Shown in pieces: positions 41,403 to 50,194 of a stretch of 64,000 nt of DNA. Both the position numbers and the translations under genes were made by a program. Source of the stretch: a candidate division FCPU426 bacterium (GTDB lineage: Bacteria; Oederibacteriota; Muellerivitia; Muellerivitales; Muellerivitaceae); NCBI GenBank assembly GCA_963847625.1, contig CAWKAR010000057.1:40722-104721 (forward strand). The letters run 5' to 3'. How positions within the stretch are numbered: the stretch's first letter is position 1; each line of letters opens with the position of its first letter. The notes beneath the pieces were generated by a model, which was not told the DNA's origin, searched no databases, and worked only from the letters and a program-made list of their open reading frames with translations.

Positions 41403-42668
41403 TCAACTCTTTGCCTGTCCTTCTGGTATCCCGTCCGCACCAAAAGTTTCGAAACTTCCGTCGTCTAGGATCAGGAGTACTCTCATGGTTCCCCGGCCGT
41501 TGCTGAACTTCACGTCGGTGACGTGCGAATCCAGGTAGATCGGTTTGGAATCCTTTTTGTCCTGTTCATACAGGAAAGCGTCACCGCCGCTGAGCACCTT
41601 GACCATGAGGGCGCCGTCGGGGCTGTGGAAGGCCACAGTCCCGTCCGACTCCTGCTCGCCGACGCTGTTGCTTCCCTCGGATTGGTCCGATTGGTTGGCT
41701 TGGTTGTTATTTTGGTAGTTGTAATTGTTGGAACCGTCGGCGGATGAGTAATTTCCATCGCGGTAAACATAAACCACCGTGGTCGCGGGGTTCTGCCAGC
41801 ACCAACCATTGTCCCACCAATAGCACCAGCGGCCCCAAGAAGGTTCGTACCACCACCAGTTGTCCCAATAATATTGGGTCCAAAAGAACGAGTTCCCGCA
41901 GTACCAGCCGTACCAATTGCCGCCCCATCCGTCCCAATAGTGGACGTAGGGGGAACCGCCCCAGGTGTGCCAGTAATAATGGTTCTTCTGGGTCTCGAAG
42001 TTGTTGAAGGCTTTCACCTTGCCGAAGAAAGCCTTGCTTTGGGTGATGGACGCCATATGGGTCCTCACTGCGGAAGATCCCATGAGTTTGGGGGATACGA
42101 GCGAACCGGGAAGAGTTTTACCCTGGGGCCCCCGAGACGGAAGGCCCGAGACGGGATGTTGCAAGTTCCGGGGCAGGATTTTTTCACCGGCTGAAGACCT
42201 TGCGTTCGAGAAACGTTTCGTTGAAAAAGCATTTGAACCGGATGAGTTGCTAAATCGGCGATAGCTGTTCCCGTTGTTGGAGTTGGCTGAAGTGTTGGAA
42301 TGATTGAAATGGTGAGGTGTATAGTTCCCGTTTGATCCGAAGCGGCTCGTCCCGGTATTACGGGTACGGTTCCAAGAATTTCCGTTGGAACGCAGAGAAT
42401 TTCCGAAAGATCGTTGGGAATTCCCATAAGATCTTTTTCCCCCTGCCCGTACGCGCACCGTACCGGCGGATTCCTTGACGGTAGTTTTTGTGTCAGGAGC
42501 CGCAACCGTTGTAGTGGAGCTTCCGCTGTTCGCGCCGGCATTGCCGTTCCCGCGGTCCCCACCGCCCCCTCCGCCCGAAAATCCGCCACCGCCCCCTTCA
42601 TGCAAGGCCAGGGCCGCGGAACCTGGAAACAGGAGAGTCATGGTGAGGATGAGAATGGTCTTTTTCAT
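41403..42668 (-). CDS. Secreted hypothetical protein with Gly/Asn-rich and Trp/Tyr-rich regions
   Basis: Signal peptide; YYWHTWGG...WWWYEPSWGRWCYWW; GAGGTG RBS. Confidence 0.8.
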   Translation of the reverse strand: MKKTILILTMTLLFPGSAALALHEGGGGGFSGGGGGGDRGNGNAGANSGSSTTTVAAPDTKTTVKESAGTVRVRAGGKRSYGNSQRSFGNSLRSNGNSWNRTRNTGTSRFGSNGNYTPHHFNHSNTSANSNNGNSYRRFSNSSGSNAFSTKRFSNARSSAGEKILPRNLQHPVSGLPSRGPQGKTLPGSLVSPKLMGSSAVRTHMASITQSKAFFGKVKAFNNFETQKNHYYWHTWGGSPYVHYWDGWGGNWYGWYCGNSFFWTQYYWDNWWWYEPSWGRWCYWWDNGWCWQNPATTVVYVYRDGNYSSADGSNNYNYQNNNQANQSDQSEGSNSVGEQESDGTVAFHSPDGALMVKVLSGGDAFLYEQDKKDSKPIYLDSHVTDVKFSNGRGTMRVLLILDDGSFETFGADGIPEGQAKS

Positions 42669-42713
42669 GGGGCACCTCTTTAAAGGCAGATAAAGCTTGA
42701 ATCCTTACAGTAT

Positions 42714-42744
42714 TTAGACGTTTCTAACTTCTAAAAAGGTTACC
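42714..42744 (-). promoter_or_regulatory. ECF-sigma-type promoter
   Basis: Minus strand GGTAAC-ctttttagaagttagaaa-CGTCTAA. Confidence 0.55.
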
Positions 42745-42872
42745 ACCCACCCTATGTATAATGAAAGCCCTTAATCGACGTCGCTCCCCCATGGCCCTCA
42801 TTTTGTGAAGCGGTAGAGCAGCCCCCGGTATGTTATCGGAATTCCAGGTTTTTCCTAGGTTTAACCTGAAAT

Positions 42873-42907
42873 AAAAAAAGGGCGGGGATTCAGCGGCCCC
42901 CGCCCTT
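42873..42907 (-). terminator. Rho-independent terminator
   Basis: Minus strand AAGGGCGGGG..CCCCGCCC followed by a T-run, downstream of the 42955 gene. Confidence 0.75.
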
Positions 42908-42954
42908 GAAACGCTTCGGAATAAATCCCCCGAAGCTGAGATTTGTTTTTTTAC

Positions 42955-43320
42955 TTACGGATTGGTTGCTGATGCCGGCTGTGCGGCTGGAGCCGGATGC
43001 TTGTCGTCATAGATTTGCTTGGAACGAAGGTTCTCCTGGGCTTCCAGCTTCATGCGGTCTTTCTTGGTCAGCTTCCCGCCGTCTTTTCTCAGGTCGGCCT
43101 TGCGCTCTTTGTTGATGATCTTTCCCTCTTGGGCCAATTGCTTGTGCTCGGCCGGATTGATCGTCCCGTTCTTCACACCCCTCTTGATCCTCTTATGCTG
43201 ACGGACCAGGCGGGCCTTGGGGCTCATGGCCGGATTCTTGCCGTTGGCGTCTTGCGCCATGGCCACACCAGCAGCTCCCAGGAAAAACAACCCACACAAC
43301 ACCACGATGAACTTTTTCAT
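42955..43320 (-). CDS. Small secreted basic helical protein
   Basis: Signal peptide; RQHKRIKRGVKNGTI...DGGKLTKKDR...SKQIYDDKH; GGAGG RBS. Confidence 0.8.
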   Translation of the reverse strand: MKKFIVVLCGLFFLGAAGVAMAQDANGKNPAMSPKARLVRQHKRIKRGVKNGTINPAEHKQLAQEGKIINKERKADLRKDGGKLTKKDRMKLEAQENLRSKQIYDDKHPAPAAQPASATNP

Positions 43321-43390
43321 TTTTTCCTCCTAGATTTGGCCTGTCTTCGGGAAAGGTCTCTTTAAGGGAACCTTTTCCGCAAGCCTCAAT

Positions 43391-43420
43391 TAAGACGCAA
43401 GGCGCTGGAAAAAAGTTGCA
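43391..43420 (-). promoter_or_regulatory. ECF-sigma-type promoter
   Basis: Minus strand TGCAAC-ttttttccagcgccttg-CGTCTTA. Confidence 0.6.
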
Positions 43421-43513
43421 ATCAAATAAAAGGCCCTTTTAAAAGGGTTTTCGATTCTTTCCTCCCAATCGACTTTGCCTGTAATATAGTCTGTAGATTA
43501 TAAGGAGCGTTCT

Positions 43514-43717
43514 TTGCCGGAGCCATTAGCCGTCAACCAATGGGTTTATCACAAGAAGTTCTGGATTCAGGGCAAGATCATGACCATCAAGGATAATACC
43601 GTCATAGTCCGCCTCAACGAGGATATGCCGTGGCAGGAATGGGACAAGTCCCTAGTCGAGCCCGTGATGGACTTGTACAAGCGGGTCGAGGAGGAAAAGA
43701 AAAAAAAGAAACACTAA
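43514..43717 (+). CDS. Small hypothetical protein (SH3/KOW-like beta pattern)
   Basis: TAAGGAG RBS before TTG; 67 aa. Confidence 0.65.
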   Translation: MPEPLAVNQWVYHKKFWIQGKIMTIKDNTVIVRLNEDMPWQEWDKSLVEPVMDLYKRVEEEKKKKKH

Positions 43718-43767
43718 TTCCTCACGTCATAGGACTTTTTTTTCGTACTATCAACCTCGAATCGAAA

Positions 43768-43805
43768 TAAAAAAAGCCCCGTCCCTTTCGGGGAACGGGG
43801 CTTTT
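43768..43805. terminator. Bidirectional terminator
   Basis: AAAAAAAGCCCCGT..ACGGGGCTTTT. Confidence 0.75.
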
Positions 43806-44214
43806 CAATTCCATTCAAACAGGCTCAGAAAAGTGCCACGCCATCCACGAACTCCGTACTGTGTTCAGGTGGTTGTGATTTCTAATTCCTCTTACCGGAA
43901 TTCCATAAATCAATTAAAGAAGTCTCCTGTGCCGCGGCTTCCGGCCAAGGCACATGATTCGGTGCACTTTCTTTAATGTCATTCCTCCCTAAAAATCCCG
44001 TGTTTTATCAATATTTGCCCGGTTTTCACTCATTCCCGATAATCTAAAGTATATTTTTGTATTTAAATTGTCATATAATTATTCCCCTTTCGGGAGGGTA
44101 AAGGGTTGCCTAGGTCTCATCGTGGTCGGACCGGATATTCCAACCCTTTTGCGGGCACCGTGATCGTTTTTATAAGGCATCACTTTTCCGCGATTTTATT
44201 AAGGAGCGTGTCTC

Positions 44215-45708
44215 ATGAAATTCATTGGGATTTTCACAACTTGTTTCGCTGTTTTTTTTACGCTCCAGGCGGCCTGGGCGGCGGGACCAACCTATGTCCA
44301 GAATAACATCTCTGTTTCCACCGAGTGGGTCCCGGACAACAGCCCTTATGTGATCCAGGACGACGTAACCGTGTCTCCAGGAGCCGTCTTGACCATCGAC
44401 CCGGGTGTCCTGGTTCGTTTCATGCCGCTGTCGGCTGATAAGTCTGGGACGGGCCCCAATCTGATTATTGAGGGCGCCTTGAAGGCTGTGGCAGATCCAA
44501 CCACTCCGATTTCCTTCGTTTCCTCGGTTCCGGGAGGCCAATGGGGAGCCCTGTATTTCTTCAACTGCGATTCCGCTAATTCCATCCTGGACGGGTGCAA
44601 GATCACCGGGGGCCGGATCTCCTGTAACGGCTCTTCCCCCACCATCTCCAACTGTTCCATTACCGGGAGCAAGAGGGGCATCGAGATATCCGCCCATTCG
44701 CAGGCCAAGATCCTGGGCAACCGGATTAGGGGAAACGGCTACGGTCTGGTCTTGATTTCCGATACCGCGAGCCCCATCGTCCAGAATAACGAGATTTTCG
44801 GCAACAAATACGGGGTTTATTTGAAGGACTTCCGGGCGCCCACCATCACCAAAAACAGGATTTATGATAACCTCCAGTACAACGTGGTGAACGAAACACC
44901 CAAGGCCCTGGATATTCCCAACAACAATTTCAATACGGGCATTACCAAGGAAATCGCGCGGAGTATCTATGACGGCGCCAACAATCCCACCCTGGGCCGC
45001 CTGAATTATTTGCCCTATATCGTCACAACCGCTTCCGCCGCGCCGGCCAACGCCCCGGTGCTCGCCAGGGCCACAGTATCGACAGCCAAGACCCCGGCGC
45101 TCGCCAGCGCCACGGTATCGGCGGTCAAGACTCCGGCGCCTGCTGGCGCCCCGGTATCGGCGGCCGTTGCCCCTTCGAAACAGGCCAAACCGGCCGTCAT
45201 TCATTTGGCTTCCACGTCCTCCCCGGAGGGTGGCTTCACGCCCAAATTCGGCCTCAGCCTCGACTTGACCGGCCAGGGAGCCTTCGGCAATTCCAAAATG
45301 GGGTCCTCGGGCGGCGTGGGGGGCGCTCTCTTCGCAGATTGGAGGCCCATCGAATACATTTCCCTGGGTGTGGGTTTCAACTATATTAATTTCCCGGGAA
45401 GTGAAAGCTGGCAGGTCGGCCCCGTAGATCTGGGAGGAAGATTATTTCCCTTCGGGTCAGGGAAAGACGGCGAAGGGTACCTCCAGGGCGGGCTAGGCTA
45501 TAACCTGATCACTCAAACCTTCAATTACATGACGCCCGGGTATTACCATATGTACGCCGGGGGCGGCTACCGCGCCTTTATTTTTGGGCCCGGAATGGCG
45601 CTGGATTTGGGTCTCCAATTCAACTACTACAGCCGGTCCACCACTTCCTCCCCTCTCTATGACACAGGGGTCAAAGCGGGCCTGGCTTGCTTCTTCGACC
45701 TGAAGTGA
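44215..45708 (+). CDS. Right-handed beta-helix protein with C-terminal small beta-barrel (paralog 1)
   Basis: SPYVIQDDVTVSPGAVLTIDPGV, I..N.I..N..G repeats, Ala/Pro linker, barrel SLDLTGQGAFG...GVKAGLACFF. Confidence 0.8.
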   Translation: MKFIGIFTTCFAVFFTLQAAWAAGPTYVQNNISVSTEWVPDNSPYVIQDDVTVSPGAVLTIDPGVLVRFMPLSADKSGTGPNLIIEGALKAVADPTTPISFVSSVPGGQWGALYFFNCDSANSILDGCKITGGRISCNGSSPTISNCSITGSKRGIEISAHSQAKILGNRIRGNGYGLVLISDTASPIVQNNEIFGNKYGVYLKDFRAPTITKNRIYDNLQYNVVNETPKALDIPNNNFNTGITKEIARSIYDGANNPTLGRLNYLPYIVTTASAAPANAPVLARATVSTAKTPALASATVSAVKTPAPAGAPVSAAVAPSKQAKPAVIHLASTSSPEGGFTPKFGLSLDLTGQGAFGNSKMGSSGGVGGALFADWRPIEYISLGVGFNYINFPGSESWQVGPVDLGGRLFPFGSGKDGEGYLQGGLGYNLITQTFNYMTPGYYHMYAGGGYRAFIFGPGMALDLGLQFNYYSRSTTSSPLYDTGVKAGLACFFDLK

Positions 45709-45848
45709 CCCGGCGCGTTTTCCGGGAAAAGATTTGAAACAGTTGGCAAGGCAGGACGATTCGTTTTGCCGGCAGGAAGCTGAACCATCTTGGAAGGTCC
45801 GGCAAAATAGGACTGGCATCATTTAAGCCAAATAGTAAGGAGCCTGAG

Positions 45849-46400
45849 TTGAAAAAATTCTTAATAACTTGCACCGCCTTTGCGTTCTTGATCATCGCCG
45901 GCCCGGCCGGCGCGCAGACTGGTACCTTTTCCCCCTACAGCCTGACCCTCGACTTGAACGGCCAGGGAGCCTTTGGAAGCACTTCCAATATAAGTTTCAC
46001 TGGCGGAGTAGGCGGTTCCCTTTTTGGCGACTGGCGGCTCATCGAGTACCTATCGATAGGTACCGGTTTTTCATTCGCGGATTACCCGGGAACCAAATCC
46101 TGGCAGGCCGCCTCGTGGGACGTGGGTGGCAAGGTGTTCCCCATGGGCGCCGGCAAAAGCGGCGAGTTGTACATCAAGGGCGCGATAGGCTATGACCTGA
46201 TCCAAAACACCCTCAATTCTACGACGCCCGGAAATTTCCATGGCAATGCTGAAGTGGGCTATAGCGCCTTTGTCCTGGGGCCTGGAATGGCTCTGGATAT
46301 GGGCCTCAAATACGACATTTATACCCCGCTCCTCTATCTTCCCCCTGTTCACGATGTCGGGATCAAAGTGGGCGTGACCTGGTACTTCGGCTCCAAGTAA
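45849..46400 (+). CDS. Small outer-membrane beta-barrel protein (paralog 2, stand-alone)
   Basis: Signal peptide; LDLNGQGAFG, LFGDWR, GPGMALDMGL, GVTWYFG. Confidence 0.8.
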   Translation: MKKFLITCTAFAFLIIAGPAGAQTGTFSPYSLTLDLNGQGAFGSTSNISFTGGVGGSLFGDWRLIEYLSIGTGFSFADYPGTKSWQAASWDVGGKVFPMGAGKSGELYIKGAIGYDLIQNTLNSTTPGNFHGNAEVGYSAFVLGPGMALDMGLKYDIYTPLLYLPPVHDVGIKVGVTWYFGSK

Positions 46401-46776
46401 CCGGCCGTTTTGTCCTGTGACGGGGCCTAACAGGCAACGGCATTAAAGCCCCAAGGGTTTCCAAACTTCCAGAGTTCCCGTGCCCTCCTCGGATCCGGAT
46501 TTAAATCACTCTCAACAAGGAACCGTCTAAAGTCTATCGTCGGTGTTGGCGGCATATCAAACCTTTGTTGATGCCTGCTCATTCAAGAATCTCTCTGTAT
46601 TTTTTTTAAAAAGAAATGCCGGCCTCCTCTAAAAAATCCTGGGATCATCCCCCGCTTCCAAACCTCACGCCCGGAATTCCCGCCTATAGAAATAATTTTC
46701 TTGGTAACCTTAGTTTGAGAAGAGTGTTATTTTTATTTCATTTGCGCGTAAAAACAATGTAGTATAAAGAAGGTAA

Positions 46777-48141
46777 ATGGTTAACCCAAAGGCCCTGATT
46801 TTGAAAAAATTCCTTAGAACAAACCTGGCCGTCGCGTTCCTGCTTATCGCTTGCCATGCGGCCGCGGAAACCGGCGCCTATTCCCCCTTCAGTTTGACTC
46901 TCGACTTGACCGGCCAGGAAGGCTTCGGCAACAACTCCTATCTGAACTTTAAAGGCGGCGTCGGCGGTTCCCTTTTCGGCGACTGGCGGCCCGCCGAGTT
47001 TTATTCCCTCGGAGTAGGCGTCGATTTCCTTGATTACCCCGGAAACATCAATTGGAAGGTCGTCCCGGTGGACCTGGGCGGGAGGGTGTTCCCATTCGGA
47101 TGGAAAAAGTCCGGCGAAGGGTACATTCAGGGCGGTATGGGTTATAACTTCCTCAACCATTCTGCCTCCACCCCCTCGCCGGGCGATTACCACTTGTACC
47201 TGGGCTTGGGCTACCGCTTTTATGCCGGCGGGCCGGACATGGCGCTGGACCTGGGTGCCCAATGCAACTACTACTCCAGGTTGACAAACCTTCCGCCCCT
47301 GTATGACGCCATGGTCAAAGCGGGCCTGACTTTGTTCTTCGGCCAGAAGAAACCGGCTGGTATGCCCGGGCGTAACGCCGCCAAAGCCCCTGCCGTTAAA
47401 GCCGTCGAAGTTGCCCAGAGCCAGTCGCCTTCCGGAACCGCTGAGATTACATTTGAAAGCGCCGGGGTTTCCCCGGAACCCGCGTCTTCCAAAACAACCC
47501 CGGTTCCCGCGCGAAGCGCGGGTCAGTCCGTTTCCACACCGGAGGCTTCGAACGAGCCGGCTGAAGAGGCCGCCGGGGAAACGAAAACCGCGCAACAAAC
47601 GTTGTTGGACGCTTACCAGGACGGCATGAAGTCTTACAAGGAAAAAGTCTACGGCTGGGCGGCGCAATACTTAATGAAGGCCGTCCAGATGGACGATCCC
47701 AGCGTCCCGAAGTACTACAAGGCCGAAGCCAATGCCATGCTGGGATTGATGCACGAATTCAACCTCCACCAGCCGGCTGCGGCCAAAAGTTATTACCAAA
47801 AAGCCTTGCGCATCGACCCGACCACCAAAACGGCCAAGAAGTATATTGGGTCGATTAAGATGATGGAGGATTACGAGGCGGGCATCAAAGCCTTCCAGGA
47901 AGGTAAATACAAAACGGCGGTCAAGTATTTAAAGAAGACTCTCAAGAAATTGGATCCCGACGTCCCGAAGTACTACCCGGCCGAAGTCAATGCCACGCTG
48001 GGAGTGATTTACCAGTTCCATCTCCATAAACCGGCTACGGCCCGCCGTTACTACCAGGAGGCCTTGAGGATCGATCCGAAAACAAAAACGGCCCGCAGGC
48101 ACATCAAAGAGGTTCGAGCTCAAGCCGGGGAAAATCCCTGA
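46777..48141 (+). CDS. Beta-barrel paralog 3 with two duplicated TPR-like modules
   Basis: LDLTGQEGFG barrel; DPSVPKYYKAEANAMLG / DPDVPKYYPAEVNATLG duplication. Confidence 0.8.
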   Translation: MVNPKALILKKFLRTNLAVAFLLIACHAAAETGAYSPFSLTLDLTGQEGFGNNSYLNFKGGVGGSLFGDWRPAEFYSLGVGVDFLDYPGNINWKVVPVDLGGRVFPFGWKKSGEGYIQGGMGYNFLNHSASTPSPGDYHLYLGLGYRFYAGGPDMALDLGAQCNYYSRLTNLPPLYDAMVKAGLTLFFGQKKPAGMPGRNAAKAPAVKAVEVAQSQSPSGTAEITFESAGVSPEPASSKTTPVPARSAGQSVSTPEASNEPAEEAAGETKTAQQTLLDAYQDGMKSYKEKVYGWAAQYLMKAVQMDDPSVPKYYKAEANAMLGLMHEFNLHQPAAAKSYYQKALRIDPTTKTAKKYIGSIKMMEDYEAGIKAFQEGKYKTAVKYLKKTLKKLDPDVPKYYPAEVNATLGVIYQFHLHKPATARRYYQEALRIDPKTKTARRHIKEVRAQAGENP

Positions 48142-48274
48142 GGCCCACTGTTTTTTCCTTCAACTCCTAACTTGATTTTTCTTTTCGTCCCCTTCAATCA
48201 TCGCGAGCACCTGCGCCTATCGGCGCGATGAGGTGCGTGGCGACCCAGTTTACGGGGGGGGTTGCAGGAAAAGG

Positions 48275-48403
48275 CAGGCATTATTTAAACTGAGCTTGTA
48301 TGTTGGCCCTTGGGGCCAAGTATGGTTGGCCTGAATTTCAGGCCAACTACTTCAAGCATGTCATAAACATCCCGCTATTCGCGGGATATTCATCGCAATG
48401 GCA
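48275..48403 (+). repeat. Family B repeat, copy 3
   Basis: Near match to the reverse complement of 14499-14627. Confidence 0.85.
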
Positions 48404-48426
48404 GTTTTTTAAGTTTTAATTTGGAA

Positions 48427-48467
48427 TCTCATGAAGGCACTGCCACACGCTGCGGTGCGTGGGGCCG
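48427..48467 (+). repeat. Family C repeat
   Basis: TCTCATGAAGGCACTGCCACACGCTGYGGTGCGTGGGGCCG; also at 61029-61069, with a partial inverted copy near 62411-62436. Confidence 0.85.
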
Positions 48468-48530
48468 TGGTTTGTAAAAAGACAAAAGCCAACATCTAAC
48501 TTTTGTGGTGTTAAATTGGCCATCCGAATG

Positions 48531-48841
48531 CATGTCGAACCTCATTAAAGCTTTCAATGAAAGTTCGGTATAGTACCGATTTCCTTAACTTTTTTAGGGG
48601 TGAATCGGCACATCCCTTGCTCCGAGGCCTATTAGCCTGCCCTTCACCCACCAGGTGAAGGGCAAAGTTTGGTAATGCCAACTAAACGACAGTTGGTACA
48701 AATCGAGGAGCGAGCCTTGACGAATTCTGTCGCCCTTGGGCGCGATAGCGGCCAATGGGTGGGTGTGCCGATCTTCCATAATAAATATTGGAGATCGGTA
48801 CGATACCAGCCTCAATATCAGTTTTATAGAAGGCTGGCATG
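48531..48841. repeat. Family A doublets (inverted 48531-48611; forward 48765-48841)
   Basis: GTGCCGATCTTCCATAATAAATATTGGAGATCGGTAC-GA-TACCAGCC..GGCTGGCATG. Confidence 0.88.
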
Positions 48842-49257
48842 TGCCAATTTCAAAACAAGAAATTGGTAACCCTGAATCCGCGGCTATGTAGTTAGTTTTC
48901 AACTTCTCGCTCTTAATTCTTAACTTGTTCTGTTTTTCTACTGCCAACAGGCGTTTGGACCCCAAAAAACCTACGTTTAAGCAATATTTTCCCGATAAAA
49001 CAAAATTGTTGGAAAAGATATTGTGTTTTTTCGCCTTGTCCCTATAATCAGCGAGATATAAACAAGGTAAAGGGTTACCTAAGGCGAACTGAAGTACTTC
49101 AAATCAGATGCACCGCCGCTTCTTCCAACACCTTTCCCACGATTAAAACTTGCGGTAATATACAGCCTTTAATTTTTTGTGGTTAATCGAAAAACCGTTG
49201 GAACCCGCGAAAAAAATTCGCGGGTGATATTACATCAAATTATAAAAGGAGCCGGTT

Positions 49258-50166
49258 TTGAAAAAATTTCTAAAAACCAGTCTGGCCGCCTCATTCCTTT
49301 CCATCGTCTGCCTGACGGCCGCGCAAGCATCCACCTATTCCCAATACAGCCTCAGTCTCGACTTGACCGGCCAGGGCGCTTTCGGCAGTAACGCCAACCT
49401 GGGCTTTGCGGGAGGCGTCGGCGCGTCCGCTTTCGGCGACTGGCGTCCTATCGAGTACATTTCGTTCGGAACCGGTTTATCCTTTACTGATTTTCCCGGG
49501 GCCAAGTCCTGGCAGGTTGCCTCGTGGGATGTGGGCGGCAGGCTGTTCCCCTTCGGCGCCGGCTCGAACAGCGAATGGTACCTCCAGGGCGGCATGGGTT
49601 ATAACTTCGTCAGCCACGACCTCACGTCCTCGACGCCCGGGAATTTCCACGCGAACGCAATGGTGGGCTACCGCGCCTTTGTCCTGGGGCCCGGCATGGC
49701 GCTGGACCTGGGGCTTAAATATGACTTCTACACTCCCCTGCTCTATCTTCCTCCCCTTCACGATGTCGGGGTCAAAGCGGGCCTGACCTGGTTTTTCGGG
49801 AATACCCAGAGCGGATCCACAGCCAAGGCCTCCGATAAGAAGACAAAAATCGCCGCTCAAAATCGCAAAATCTCCGTCAAGGGCTCCGGCACCGGGTCTA
49901 AAACCGAGGCGCTAAAAACCGAAACCCTTGCCGGCCAGCTCCAGGCGGTCCAGTACCGCGTCCAAAAGGGCGACACCCTCTGGAACATCGCGGGCAACAA
50001 GCTCAAGGCCCATTACCAATGGCCCCTGATCTTCCAGTCCAACAAGGAAACCATCAACAACCCCAACCTGATCTACCCGGAGCAGGAACTGCACATCCTG
50101 GGCAAATATCCCGCGGAAGAGGTGCAGAAGATCCGCGACATGGCGAATAGCAAAGAGAATCTGTAA
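49258..50166 (+). CDS. Beta-barrel paralog 4 with C-terminal LysM domain
   Basis: SLDLTGQGAFG barrel; YRVQKGDTLWNIA...WPLIFQSNKETINNPNLIYPEQEL. Confidence 0.85.
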   Translation: MKKFLKTSLAASFLSIVCLTAAQASTYSQYSLSLDLTGQGAFGSNANLGFAGGVGASAFGDWRPIEYISFGTGLSFTDFPGAKSWQVASWDVGGRLFPFGAGSNSEWYLQGGMGYNFVSHDLTSSTPGNFHANAMVGYRAFVLGPGMALDLGLKYDFYTPLLYLPPLHDVGVKAGLTWFFGNTQSGSTAKASDKKTKIAAQNRKISVKGSGTGSKTEALKTETLAGQLQAVQYRVQKGDTLWNIAGNKLKAHYQWPLIFQSNKETINNPNLIYPEQELHILGKYPAEEVQKIRDMANSKENL

Positions 50167-50194
50167 GAGAACCTCTAAACAAGGGTAAAATTTC

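Noticed and set aside
45814..45828. sigma54-like TGGCAT-N5-AAGC
   Set aside because: The -12 element departs from TTGC. The TGGCAT..TTGC at 60640 has the wrong spacing.
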